The notes: a model not told the origin generated them from the sequence alone. A stretch of 64,000 bases of DNA from Candidatus Obscuribacteraceae bacterium (GCA_044229845.1 JBGASG010000003.1:1-64000), one strand, 5' to 3'; positions 18,493 through 28,331 are shown, counted from the stretch's first letter. Numbers and translations are program-made.

Positions 18493-19656
18493 TTCCAGAT
18501 AGCCTCCGTGCGCGCTCACTATGTTGAGACCCGTGTTGTACGGCTCGTCGTCGACACCTTCGATGATATCTTTGACGCTGTAGCTGACGAAGTCGTTGTG
18601 ATCCCAGACGTTCCACCAGTAGCCCAGGTGCTGCCGGTCAGGAAACGGCACTTTCACGTCGGCATCAAAGTTATAGTCGTCGCTGCTTTCGATGAACAAT
18701 TTCAGCTCTTCGAACAAACCGACTTGCGAAGCGCTGGCTGCCCAGAAGTCGATGCGCACATCTTTGTATTCCGGCATCAAGGGCAAAAAGTGCGTCACGG
18801 CATCATAAACAATCTGTCCACCCATGCTGTGACTCATGACGATAATCGGCTCACCGTCGCGCCGCAACTGCTCCTCACGCGCATCCATTAATGCCGCCAG
18901 AAAACAGGATGGAATCCAGCCCGGCATCTTGTATGTTCCGCGTTCTGCCAGGTAGGTGAGGACATCGCCGACGAACAAAGTAAAGAAACGATTCATCGGC
19001 GATTTGATTTCAACGGCGGCCCGTGCCACCACGTGTCCGGCGCCATGCGCTCCCCGGATCACAGACTCACGGAACTTGTGATGCACCCGGTCTTTAAATT
19101 CGGGCAGCTTGGCTTTTACGCCGCTGGATGCTTTTTTCATTTTTGAGCGAATCTTTGCGTAGCGCTGCACGACGAGTTCTTCGAGCACGTGAATCTCTTC
19201 GCGAACGCTGTTGCACTGGGCCAGGCGCGAGCGGGTATCGTCGCTGTCCGCCACTTCGGCGGCAGCAGCCAGAAGCGCGTTGCCGTCCTCTCCCAGTTCG
19301 GCGGCATCGCCGGCGTCGTCGAGCTTTAAGTTGTACGCCAGAAGTTCTTGAGCGAAGTCAGAGAGTTTCTCCCGGGTATAGCCGTGCAGGCGATGCACTT
19401 CTTCAGCGATACCGGTTTGCGGATTGTGCAGTGCCTCTTTGACGCGCGCGCGCAAGTTGCGCAGCGGGCTGGTCGGTGCCGATGCGCCGTTCCAGCGGAA
19501 CTTGGCGCCGAAGTCACCCCAATAACTGAAGAAGACCGTGACATTGTCCGGGTCTCTACTGATTTTCGGCGCGACGTAGCGGCGCAAAAGCGCTTCCAGC
19601 AGCTCCCAGCCCTTTTCATCGCGCGTCGAGACACCATGGACATAGACTATCGGCAT
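18412..19656 (-). CDS. Alpha/beta-hydrolase-fold protein
   Basis: VYVHGV at the N-terminus, nucleophile elbow SHSMGG, later D (DFVSY) and H (AHGGY); GGAG RBS. Confidence 0.7.
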   Translation of the reverse strand: MPIVYVHGVSTRDEKGWELLEALLRRYVAPKISRDPDNVTVFFSYWGDFGAKFRWNGASAPTSPLRNLRARVKEALHNPQTGIAEEVHRLHGYTREKLSDFAQELLAYNLKLDDAGDAAELGEDGNALLAAAAEVADSDDTRSRLAQCNSVREEIHVLEELVVQRYAKIRSKMKKASSGVKAKLPEFKDRVHHKFRESVIRGAHGAGHVVARAAVEIKSPMNRFFTLFVGDVLTYLAERGTYKMPGWIPSCFLAALMDAREEQLRRDGEPIIVMSHSMGGQIVYDAVTHFLPLMPEYKDVRIDFWAASASQVGLFEELKLFIESSDDYNFDADVKVPFPDRQHLGYWWNVWDHNDFVSYSVKDIIEGVDDEPYNTGLNIVSAHGGYLELPSFFRRFAKKIEFARSHNWQNPSST

Positions 19657-19728
19657 GTGGCATCCTCCGACTCTCTTATGCCCGGCATGCTATAAATCAC
19701 CAGGCACCGACTGGGGACACTCACCGCT

Positions 19729-20784
19729 ATGCAATCGTCAACTCGATCTTCTATAAAGGAATCGGTTTTCGGCACCATGTCCGACGGCCGGGAAATCAAG
19801 CTTTTCACGCTGCAAAACGCGTCTGGTATGCAGGTGAAGATTATCAACTTCGGCGCCATCATCACCGAATTGCATGTCGCGGATCGCAGCGGTGCCTATG
19901 CGAACGTGGTGCTCGGCTTCGACAACCTGCAACAGTATGTCGATAAAAATCCGCGTTTCGGCGCCGCCATCGGGCGCTACGCCAATCGCATCGCCGGCGC
20001 TGCCTTCACCCTCGACGGTCATGAATACAAGCTGTTCGCCAATAAGCCACCGCACACTTTGCATGGAGGGCAGGTCGGTTTCGATAAGCGCGTGTGGGAC
20101 GCCGAGGGTGGCGAGACCGACGGCGCAGCCTGGGTCAAATTGCGCTACGTCAGCCCTGATGGCGAAGAAGGCTTTCCCGGCACGCTCGAGTGTCGCATCA
20201 CCTACACGCTCACTCCTGATAATGCATTGCGCATCGAATACGCGGCGACGACCGATAAGGCGACGCCCTTCAACATTACCAATCACAGCTACTTCAACCT
20301 GGCTGGTGCTGCCAGTGGAACCGTCTTGAACCACCGACTGCGCTTGCAAGCGAGCCACTACACTCCTGTCGACGAAACTCTCATTCCGACCGGCGAAATC
20401 GCCAGCGTTCACGGCACCGCACTCGATTTTGCCGAAGAAACTCCCATCGGCAGCCGCATCAACGATGTGCCGGGCGGCTACGATCACAACCTGGTGATCG
20501 ATCCGGACTTTCGCAGTGACGCCAAAGACTCCATGTGGCTCAAGGATCCTGAAAGTGGGCGGGCAATGACTGTCAGCACGACCGCACCCGGCGTGCAGTT
20601 GTACACCAGCAACAACATGGGCACCACCCGCGGAGTCGGTGGCACCTACGAGCCCCACGGTGCCGTCTGCCTCGAGACACAACTATTCCCGGATTCAGTG
20701 CATCACTCCAATTTCCCCAACTGCATCTTGCGTCCTGGAGAAACCTTCGAAAGCTCGACCACCTATAAGTTCTACTGCGAATGA
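19729..20784 (+). CDS. galM: Aldose 1-epimerase (galactose mutarotase)
   Basis: GRYANRI, TLHGG, NITNHSYFNL, GYDHN, CLETQ. Confidence 0.95.
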   Translation: MQSSTRSSIKESVFGTMSDGREIKLFTLQNASGMQVKIINFGAIITELHVADRSGAYANVVLGFDNLQQYVDKNPRFGAAIGRYANRIAGAAFTLDGHEYKLFANKPPHTLHGGQVGFDKRVWDAEGGETDGAAWVKLRYVSPDGEEGFPGTLECRITYTLTPDNALRIEYAATTDKATPFNITNHSYFNLAGAASGTVLNHRLRLQASHYTPVDETLIPTGEIASVHGTALDFAEETPIGSRINDVPGGYDHNLVIDPDFRSDAKDSMWLKDPESGRAMTVSTTAPGVQLYTSNNMGTTRGVGGTYEPHGAVCLETQLFPDSVHHSNFPNCILRPGETFESSTTYKFYCE

Positions 20785-22142
20785 GTGTCGGACGCAGTCG
20801 GCGGGGAAGAAACGGGCGCAGTCGGCGGGGAAGAAATCGAGTTAGCCTGCGGAGAAGAAACCGGCGTAGCCTGCGGGGCTGATGGCGCCAGCAACTGAGA
20901 AACTATTTGCTCGTGCTCCTTCTTCGTGCGTTGCAGCCGGAAGAAAATCGAATTGCGAATGTCGTCCGCAATTCGTGAAACGATTCGCTCATTCCAATCT
21001 TGATCGCCGACATAACTATCCAGATCTATCGGCTGCCCGACATCAATCCAGGCCGTGCGATGTCCTTTCGGATGCGCCCTCCCAAGCACTTGCAGTTCCA
21101 ACCGATCAACAACACGCCACGCAACCTCGAGAGTCACCGGCTGCTGTCGCATAGTGCTCTCCAAGATCAGCAACTGCTGCATACGGTCCAGATCAACACG
21201 TACTGCATTAGCCTTCTGGCACAGTTCCGCGCGCAATTTCCTGCTGTACTTGCCCCAGTGTTTCATGTCATCTTCGCAGTACTTCCGCAGCTTAGCCCGC
21301 AAGGTATGCAGCATTCCTGCTTCCGATTCCGAGTTCTTGAGCGGAATGCCGAAACTAGCAGCCTGACTAGTCACCAACCGCCGACAGACACGCAACAAAC
21401 GACTGTTTAGATGTCCGGTTGCGTGCGACTCCGAACCGTACCGCTCCTCCACAGCCTTCACCAACGCTTCAATGATGTAAGCCAGGCGCAAATGGAGTTC
21501 CGCAATACCCTTCTGCTCATAGTTGCGCATCCGGATACTGAGTGCGTTCTCGATTTGAATCGTGCGATCGAGAAGCGCATCCAGGCTATCTTGATTAGCC
21601 TGATAATAAATCGCCATTGGAATGACTTGCAGGGTTTTCTCGCTGTCCAGGCGCTTGACGAGACGCTGAGCCTGCACCACATTTCTGATGCCATCAATTT
21701 TAAGTGGCGAGATTTCATCATCGCGTCCGGAGACATCACCTTCTGGGAACTCCACCAGCTTTCGGTCTCCACTCGCCATCAGCTGAATGGTCCGGTCGCG
21801 CGATTCTTCATCGTCTGAATCACCGCGGATGACCGAGTACGCTCCGCAATGCTGCAACAGCAATCCGTGCAGCCCAAACATCTGGTCGAACAACTCGCGA
21901 GCAGCAAGGTAGTAAAAGTCCTCGCCTGCACATCTGGTCAATGCGAACATCACAAGTGGGTCAAACCGGTCACTGTGGTTAACCATCACCACAGCCGGTT
22001 TCCCCCGCAACGCCTTCAGGGTGTCCAGACAGTTCTGACTCGGACGAATATCCAGTTTTTCCTTCCGCAAAGCCAACGGCGCCAGCATTTTGACTATGCC
22101 GGACACAAGCGGGTCGTTAACTGGTGGGATGAAATCGCGCAT
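20772..22142 (-). CDS. Lysophospholipid/glycerol-3-phosphate acyltransferase (PlsC-like, long cyanobacterial type)
   Basis: NHSDRFD (HxxxxD), GAYSVIRG, FPEG. The ORF-track start runs into the repeat array, so the ATG at 22142 is preferred. Confidence 0.8.
   Translation of the reverse strand: MRDFIPPVNDPLVSGIVKMLAPLALRKEKLDIRPSQNCLDTLKALRGKPAVVMVNHSDRFDPLVMFALTRCAGEDFYYLAARELFDQMFGLHGLLLQHCGAYSVIRGDSDDEESRDRTIQLMASGDRKLVEFPEGDVSGRDDEISPLKIDGIRNVVQAQRLVKRLDSEKTLQVIPMAIYYQANQDSLDALLDRTIQIENALSIRMRNYEQKGIAELHLRLAYIIEALVKAVEERYGSESHATGHLNSRLLRVCRRLVTSQAASFGIPLKNSESEAGMLHTLRAKLRKYCEDDMKHWGKYSRKLRAELCQKANAVRVDLDRMQQLLILESTMRQQPVTLEVAWRVVDRLELQVLGRAHPKGHRTAWIDVGQPIDLDSYVGDQDWNERIVSRIADDIRNSIFFRLQRTKKEHEQIVSQLLAPSAPQATPVSSPQANSISSPPTAPVSSPPTASDTHSQ
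20793..20880. repeat. 24-bp tandem repeat (about 4 degenerate units) at the 3' end of the acyltransferase
   Basis: CGCAGTCGGCGGGGAAGAAA at 20793 and 20817; TAGCCTGCGG at 20843 and 20867. Confidence 0.7.
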
Positions 22143-22226
22143 CGCGGCGAGCCTCGTTGATAGTACTGACGCGCCACCTGCTGTTGAGTTCCCCCGCAGA
22201 TCACGGGTTTGCCGCCACCCAACCCT

Positions 22227-22275
22227 TTTTACCCGGGTAAAAGTAAGCCAACGACTCTTTTTCACCCGGGTAAAA
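22227..22275. repeat. Two ACCCGGGT-core palindromes 33 bp apart
   Basis: TTTTACCCGGGTAAAA at 22227-22242 (perfect) and TTTCACCCGGGTAAAA at 22260-22275. Confidence 0.75.
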
Positions 22276-22308
22276 AGGCCCGCGCCCCCCTCACTTCTTA
22301 GATCCTGG

Positions 22309-22508
22309 AGTGATATCACTTCAGCTTGGACGCCGAACCCCGAGTGATATCACTTCAGCTTGGACGCCGAACCCCAAGTGATATCACTTCAGCTTGGACG
22401 CCGAACCGCGAGTGATATCACTTCAGCTCGGACGCCGAACCCCGAGTGATATCACTTCAGCTTGGACGCCGAACCCCAAGTGATATCACTTCAGCTTGAA
22501 CGCCGAAC
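22309..22508. repeat. Tandem array of six 34-bp units, AGTGATATCACTTCAGCTTGGACGCCGAACCCCR (last unit truncated)
   Basis: GTGATATCAC cores at 22310, 22344, 22378, 22412, 22446 and 22480; units differ by only 1-2 substitutions. Confidence 0.97.
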
Positions 22509-22659
22509 AGGTTGTCAAAAGAGGGGCACTGGATGCGGTTCTCTTGGCAATCACGATGAGTGAGCTCTTATCAATCCGAGCTCCTAATTTGGTGAATGGA
22601 AGAGTTGATGGCTATGGAAAGGACAACTTAGGTTTATTGCCGCGAACCGAAGCAAACGA

Positions 22660-22687
22660 GCAGGGACGCCCGAGAGGGCGCCCCTGC
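22660..22687. terminator. GC-rich hairpin, probable terminator of the 22734-23084 gene
   Basis: GCAGGGACGCCC-GAGA-GGGCGCCCCTGC. Confidence 0.5.
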
Positions 22688-22733
22688 CTTTGCGGCAATT
22701 TGGAAATGCCGTGGCGAAATCAGCCGAAGCTGT

Positions 22734-23084
22734 TTAGAACAGGTTGACATCGAAGAACGGCGTATCCAATCGGATCGTCGCAGGACGACTTGGCGCAATG
22801 ATCGTGGGAGCGAGCATTCGATGTCTGCGAATTATGACGGGTTGCGTGTCTTCCAACACTACCGGCATTTCGCGCTGCACTACTACGGGCTGTGTGAGAG
22901 TGCGTTCGATGAACTGCGGTTGTGTTGTAGTTCTCGCGCGGTGCTCGAGAACCATGGGCTCAGGCTGAGCATAGTATGTGGTCCCCGAATCACTGAACGT
23001 ATAGATATCATCAGCAAGAGCGCTGGGAATTACAGCTAGTGCCGAGATGATGGCCGCAGAGGCAGCCATTGCAAAGGTTTTCAT
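22734..23084 (-). CDS. Small secreted hypothetical protein
   Basis: AGGAGG RBS before the ATG at 23084; signal peptide ending SALA; C-terminal PFFDVNLF. Confidence 0.75.
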   Translation of the reverse strand: MKTFAMAASAAIISALAVIPSALADDIYTFSDSGTTYYAQPEPMVLEHRARTTTQPQFIERTLTQPVVVQREMPVVLEDTQPVIIRRHRMLAPTIIAPSRPATIRLDTPFFDVNLF

Positions 23085-23111
23085 AAGTGCCTCCTTCCAT
23101 GATGGTAGAGG

Positions 23112-23137
23112 GACGTAAATAGTCGCGACTACGTTCC
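23112..23137 (-). promoter_or_regulatory. Putative ECF-sigma promoter GGAAC-N17-CGTC
   Basis: Minus strand reads GGAAC-gtagtcgcgactattta-CGTC, 27 bp before the ATG at 23084. Confidence 0.6.
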
Positions 23138-23316
23138 TTTTATGGCGCGACGGTAGAGTTGAATGGGTGTTTCGGCGCGCGGCTGCGGCAGAGCTCGGAA
23201 GATGGCTCAGCGGGCTCACCAACGAAGTTTCTTCCACCGAAGTGAATCAAGAAGCTGATACCACGGGCGGAGGCGTGATACGCGGAGCAGAGCGTGACAG
23301 CAGCGGAGCGCGGACG

Positions 23317-23538
23317 CTAGTCGCGGCGGTAGATGCTTTCGACGTTTTGGGCGCCAACGGTTGGCAGACCGACGCGGCGCGCCAAAACCTTGCGCGCAAT
23401 GATCACCACGTCGGCACCGACAAGACGGCCAGGACGCAGGGGGATCAGGCGGTGTACCTCATAGCCGCGCTCCTCGAACTGGTTCAGCAATTGCTCCAGT
23501 CGAGCTAAATCTGCATGGACAACTTTCCATTCATACAC
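23317..23538 (-). CDS. Small DUF4177-like protein
   Basis: YEWKVV...LEQLLNQFEERGYEV resembles the YEYK...LN.LG.EGWEL pattern. Confidence 0.5.
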   Translation of the reverse strand: MYEWKVVHADLARLEQLLNQFEERGYEVHRLIPLRPGRLVGADVVIIARKVLARRVGLPTVGAQNVESIYRRD

Positions 23539-23606
23539 GACCAGAAAGTACCATACATGCGTATGTCGATCAAATTAAAAGGACTTTGGGCAGAGCTCGC
23601 ACTGCG

Positions 23607-24935
23607 CTATTTTGTGATGTAGTTGCGGTGCACCCAGAGTTTCTTTTGTGCGGTTCCAGTTGTTTGGGTTTCGAACAAAACGTTCTTTTTGTTGTCTTGC
23701 GTCTGCTGACTGGTGGTCAGTTTCGTACGTCCGTTGGTAGTAGAGATGACGGGCTTGGCGCGCTCCGCGTCGATCAGACACTCGCGCACATCTTTAACAG
23801 CAGGCGCTGCGTTCGAGGCATTCTTTTCCGCTTCTTCCGAAACAGCTTCGGTCGCAGTGGCATCGAGCAACTTGGGCCACAACTTCAAGAAGAGAGCATT
23901 GGATGCGTAGACGTCCGCACTATTCACTTTGCCGTTGATGGAGAAGGCGTATCCGATTACGTCACGCTTGCCGGCGACGACTTTAGACAGATCATTGATG
24001 TGTGCCTGTCCTTTTTGTTTGACGGCATCATTCTCCAGCGTGAGTTGCAGACTGGATTCTGACTCCGATGACGTTACCTTTTTCTTGGCCGCTCGCTCGA
24101 GTTTGCCCTGCACTTTCGAAACCGCATTCCACATTCCACCCTGCAATTGCGGAGCATACGCCATCGGCACCGGTGCCGGTGCGCCAGCCGGTGTTGCAGC
24201 CGAGGCAGGCGCAGGATTAGTCTGCAACGTCACCGGGCGTGGAGGTAATAGTGCATTTCCAGTCCTGGCAACTGCTCCATTCGTTACTGCGACACCGCCT
24301 CCGTATCCGGCTCCGGCTCCGCCACCGCCGGCGGCGGCACCAACCACATGCGGCGCCACAGCTACCTTCGTCATGTCCGGCATCTTGGCCGCCAGTTTCA
24401 TTTCTTTAGCGACGAACTGTTTAGTGGACGATGTGAAACCTGTCGATAATTCCTTGCCGCGCGGCGACCAGCGTCCCTGTTCCACACAGAACGAGGTCAA
24501 CGGCACCTTGCCCGATCGAGGGGGCAGGACCAAATCAAATTGAACCGCACGATCCTGGCGACCGCCTTTAACTATGTCGCCTGACTGAATGAAGACAAGC
24601 TGATTGCCTTTGTTCTCGATGGAGAGTTCGTTGACGTCGCCGGTTTCGTGCACGACAACCTGTTTTGACTGCAGAGCTTCCTGCAGCGTCAAATACTGCC
24701 CGGCGTTCGCCTGATCCGCACCATGAATAAGGTAGACACTCAGGTTGCCGCTGGAAAACGGTCCACTGATTTTATAGGTGGCTGCCGTAGCAATTGCCTG
24801 CGCCGGAGTACGGACAGCCGGTGCGGACGCTGGTTTCGGCGGCACCGCCCCCGGTGCGCAACTGGCCGGAACGGAAGGTAGAGACGCCAACATAACGCCG
24901 GCTGCAGCAGCCAGCAGCAACATCTTGGTTTTCAT
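23607..24935 (-). CDS. Secreted DUF6569/ARPP-1-like domain protein
   Basis: Signal peptide; YLTLQEAL, VNELSIEN, GDIVKGGRQDR, FCVEQGRW, ADVYASNALFLKLWPKLL. Confidence 0.7.
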   Translation of the reverse strand: MKTKMLLLAAAAGVMLASLPSVPASCAPGAVPPKPASAPAVRTPAQAIATAATYKISGPFSSGNLSVYLIHGADQANAGQYLTLQEALQSKQVVVHETGDVNELSIENKGNQLVFIQSGDIVKGGRQDRAVQFDLVLPPRSGKVPLTSFCVEQGRWSPRGKELSTGFTSSTKQFVAKEMKLAAKMPDMTKVAVAPHVVGAAAGGGGAGAGYGGGVAVTNGAVARTGNALLPPRPVTLQTNPAPASAATPAGAPAPVPMAYAPQLQGGMWNAVSKVQGKLERAAKKKVTSSESESSLQLTLENDAVKQKGQAHINDLSKVVAGKRDVIGYAFSINGKVNSADVYASNALFLKLWPKLLDATATEAVSEEAEKNASNAAPAVKDVRECLIDAERAKPVISTTNGRTKLTTSQQTQDNKKNVLFETQTTGTAQKKLWVHRNYITK

Positions 24936-25135
24936 CGGAGAATCTCACGCAGAGGTAGATATACACACTTTAGAAAACCGGATGACACGCCGAATACTGC
25001 AATCAACCTGACACACGAGGCTGGAAGTACTGGTCTTGTCTTGGGGATATGGATAGAAAATCGTCCGCGGACGATCAGAAGTCGCGCAAATGTGATACCG
25101 CGTCGGGATGAATGCGAGAACCGGAAGCGCAGCGA

Positions 25136-25993
25136 TCAGGAGCGTCGCAGTGTTCCTGAGATCAGTCCGTACGGTTCGCTGATGGGCATGAAGATCTCGT
25201 TTCTGTTTTCCAGTCCGAAGGGCTGCAGATTGAAAGGAATGCGGTGCTGGTTCGGCATGGTGAGCGTAATCTCGTCGACGTCGTGGCAGGCATCGAGCAC
25301 GCGTTGCCCCATTTCATGCAGGGTGTGCTGCACGCCCAGGCTCTTGTGGGTCGCAAACACTTCCAGAATCAAATCGCGAATCTGATTGAAGTTCTTCTCG
25401 AAATCAACGGCATCAGTGTTGTATACCCAGGTAGCTTCAATGCTGGTTCCAAAGATGCGGTCGTGCGTGTCGGCCAATGTTGTGTACTTGTCGCGCACAA
25501 AATCGGCAAATTCCGATTCGCCGGTCTTTACCACCACCAGACCTTCGATGCCTGATTCAATCGAGACTTCGTCGGCGTGCGCCACTACGATCGTGGTGCG
25601 CTTCTCATCGCCGGCGCCGGAAAACGACCAGGGGTGTTCTTTGCCTTTGACAATCAGGCGGTTCCAGCGGGTTTCGCGAATCTGGACGGTCGCCTGCGAG
25701 ACCTGTTCGTACTTGTCGAGGAAGTGCTGAGCGAGGTGCCTGGCGAAGGATTCAATAGAATCGAGCGGATGATCTGCCGCCATCACATAGACGGTGTTCT
25801 TCATGGAATCGGTGGCGACGACTAACTTGTTGCTGCCGGCCGTGTAGGCGTCACTGAAGTCTCCCTCCAGCTGGATGTCAACTATTAGCTCCTTCAACTC
25901 ATGGTGAGTCGGCTTGCGGATTACCTTCGTGACCCGCACGTCAGACTTTCCATATGCGTTATGAACCAGGAGTCCAGATATGACACTCGACAT
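25136..25993 (-). CDS. pucL: Urate oxidase (uricase)
   Basis: YGKSDVR, VVATDSMKNTV, SEFADFVRDKYTTL, VQHTL, MPNQH, PYGLI. Confidence 0.92.
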   Translation of the reverse strand: MSSVISGLLVHNAYGKSDVRVTKVIRKPTHHELKELIVDIQLEGDFSDAYTAGSNKLVVATDSMKNTVYVMAADHPLDSIESFARHLAQHFLDKYEQVSQATVQIRETRWNRLIVKGKEHPWSFSGAGDEKRTTIVVAHADEVSIESGIEGLVVVKTGESEFADFVRDKYTTLADTHDRIFGTSIEATWVYNTDAVDFEKNFNQIRDLILEVFATHKSLGVQHTLHEMGQRVLDACHDVDEITLTMPNQHRIPFNLQPFGLENRNEIFMPISEPYGLISGTLRRS

Positions 25994-26092
25994 AAAAAAG
26001 TTCTCCGCCGTACCTAAGAGATAACTATCAATCGCCATATGATATTAGGTGCAGGCGAAATCCGTACGTGGTTTGAGGAAGCAATTGGAATT

Positions 26093-26428
26093 ATGAGCGG
26101 CCTGATAGATCGCAAGATGCTGGAAGAGACCTTTGGACCGGAGGCGGCCCGGGAGGTGCTCGACCTCTTCTTGAGCAATGTCGAGGACACAATCGGCAGG
26201 CTGGAGGCAGCCATCGAGAGTCAGGACCATGGCGCCGGCGCCGCGGCCGCCCACGAAATCAACGGAACGGCGCTCTCTGTGGGTTCCGGCGAAATGGCGA
26301 CTTGCGCCAAACAACTCGAACTGATGCTTAATGCCGGCAATGACCCGCGCGCCGGAGAAGTACTCGCCAAGCTCAAGGAGCTGTTCGGGCAGGTAAAGGC
26401 CGATATCGCCGAGAGCGGCTCCCACTAA
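26093..26428 (+). CDS. Stand-alone Hpt (histidine phosphotransfer) domain protein
   Basis: AAAHEINGTALSVG matches AHxLKGxSxxxG; helical composition. Confidence 0.8.
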   Translation: MSGLIDRKMLEETFGPEAAREVLDLFLSNVEDTIGRLEAAIESQDHGAGAAAAHEINGTALSVGSGEMATCAKQLELMLNAGNDPRAGEVLAKLKELFGQVKADIAESGSH

Positions 26429-26577
26429 GCATTGTCGTTGAACGATTGTGCGTCCGGGACGGAACTCCGGGCGCAAAAAGGCGTCTTACAGCACGCGCAC
26501 TTCTGATCCCGTCGCATTCCCTGCTCCCCTGCGCAATTCTTACTCCCCCTGCTCAAACCCTGCTCTGGTGTGGACCC

Positions 26578-26859
26578 ATGCAAGCCGAAGAAATTCCCAG
26601 CGCTGTCTCGTACAAGTCTCTTCTGGATGTACTGCAGGAAAAAACTCTGGTCGGCTACTCCCCAGAGGAGCGAGTCGAGTACGCCCACCTCATGCAGTGT
26701 TTGAAACACCTGCAAACAGAAACCGAGTATCGTGTCCTGCTGGCCAGTCAGATGCAGCTGGGCGGAACCGGTGTGCCGGGCTGGCGCCAGTGCTGGCAAT
26801 TACTTGAAAGGCGTTGCGCCAACTTCCTGCAGAGGGCGCGCTGTCTCTTTTTGGCTTAA
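26578..26859 (+). CDS. Hypothetical protein
   Basis: Open frame from the ATG at 26578 fills the gap between two genes; no motif recognised. Confidence 0.35.
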   Translation: MQAEEIPSAVSYKSLLDVLQEKTLVGYSPEERVEYAHLMQCLKHLQTETEYRVLLASQMQLGGTGVPGWRQCWQLLERRCANFLQRARCLFLA

Positions 26860-26933
26860 CTTGCTTGCCGCCGGAACAGCCGTAAGTTCGCGGCTGCGTA
26901 TAATGTGCAGAGGGCACAGGCGACAAATAGACG

Positions 26934-28331
26934 ATGAATTATGCGCGCGCGGCAGTACTGATTTTTGTGCTTGTCACTACATGTAGTATCACCAGTCTGC
27001 TGGCGCAGGATTTGACTCCCAAGGAGTTTGTGGAACCGCAGCCGGTGCTGCCTCTGCCCGGTCAATTATCCGATGTGCCGCTCTTCAACAGCAACAATCC
27101 GGAAGTAGTGCAGAGCGAGGGCATCTTGCTGTCGACATTGTCGCCCCAGGGAAAAGCCACACCGAATGCGCATCTCGACTATTTATTTCAAGGCGACTTC
27201 GGAATTTTTTCGCACCACATCGCCAGACCCTTTGACGACAAAGATAAACGCACGTTGTATCAGGGACTCATATTATTCAATCCGGGCGATGTCGATGCGA
27301 AAGTGGAAGTGCGCTCCGGCGCATCTTATCTATCGCAGCCAGACTCTCCTTTTATAGACTTGCCGGCGCAACTGCCCAACCCCCATGGAAAAATTCATGC
27401 CGGTCCGGGCGGCCGCGTGTCGGACGATGTGTTGCGCGGACGTCGACCGAAAAGCCGATTGATCAAACATGAAGTGACAGTCAGTCCAAAAGAGGCGGTC
27501 GTCATCGCCAGATTACCCATCCCAGTCGGCAAATGGAATCCGCCGCTCAATGGGCGCTCAACGCTTCTGCATCTGTCTGTGAAAGCAGGAGCGGTGCAGG
27601 CGGCCGACGTGGCTGTTTATGGCAAGTTCGACAGCAAAGGCAAAGAGATCAAGCCGGAGAATCAAGAGTTCATCGATGTCTTGAACAAAGGAGATCTGGC
27701 AGGGCCAAGGGAGAAACCAGCGACCGCACCCGGTGCCTCAGGACCGTTTGCCTACGGGCGAGTGGCGGGAGTTTCTCAAGGAACCATCTGGAATTCAGTT
27801 GCCGCCGAAGCAAGCGGCGTGCCGGAACAGAAATCCTTTCCGATTGCTCTGCCGGGCGAACAGTTCTCGTTCGTAGTCAGCGCGTTACAACACGGCAGTT
27901 TTGGCAGCGGGCAGGATCAAGCGGCACCACTTGTAGTGCGCTACCCTGAAACTGCGTATCGCGCACACGGCAACTATGGGGTCTTCTACGATCTGGCTCT
28001 CACTCTGGAAAACAATCAGGAGGAGGCTCACGACGTGGACATCATCTTCCAGACTCCTCTCAAGGACGATAAGAAAAGTGCAGGCTTGCAATTTGCCAGC
28101 CCGCCTTACAAACCAGTTTTTTTTAGAGGGACAGTCCGCGTATCTTATCCTGACGCTCGCGGAAAACTGCGCACCAGACACTTTCACCTGGTGCAACATC
28201 GCGGCGAACAGGGACAGCCTCTGGCGACCGTTCATATTTTGCCCGGACAGAGTCGAAACGTCGTCCTGCAGTTTGTTTATCCGCCTGATGCCACCCCGCC
28301 CCAGGTACTTACCTTTCGAACTCTTAGATAA
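26934..28331 (+). CDS. Secreted DUF3370-family protein
   Basis: Signal peptide; PLPGQL...FNSNNPEV, GILLST, SYLSQPD, YGRVAGV, AHGNYGV, YPPDATPPQVLT. Confidence 0.8.
   Translation: MNYARAAVLIFVLVTTCSITSLLAQDLTPKEFVEPQPVLPLPGQLSDVPLFNSNNPEVVQSEGILLSTLSPQGKATPNAHLDYLFQGDFGIFSHHIARPFDDKDKRTLYQGLILFNPGDVDAKVEVRSGASYLSQPDSPFIDLPAQLPNPHGKIHAGPGGRVSDDVLRGRRPKSRLIKHEVTVSPKEAVVIARLPIPVGKWNPPLNGRSTLLHLSVKAGAVQAADVAVYGKFDSKGKEIKPENQEFIDVLNKGDLAGPREKPATAPGASGPFAYGRVAGVSQGTIWNSVAAEASGVPEQKSFPIALPGEQFSFVVSALQHGSFGSGQDQAAPLVVRYPETAYRAHGNYGVFYDLALTLENNQEEAHDVDIIFQTPLKDDKKSAGLQFASPPYKPVFFRGTVRVSYPDARGKLRTRHFHLVQHRGEQGQPLATVHILPGQSRNVVLQFVYPPDATPPQVLTFRTLR

Noticed and set aside
22143..22319. N-terminal extension of the acyltransferase given in the ORF track
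   Set aside because: It runs through the palindromic repeats (the duplicated FTRVK is just the ACCCGGGT palindrome) and is probably non-coding.
22309..22508. CRISPR array
   Set aside because: The sequences between palindromes are nearly identical rather than unique spacers, the 34-bp period is too short for repeat plus spacer, and no cas genes are in the window.
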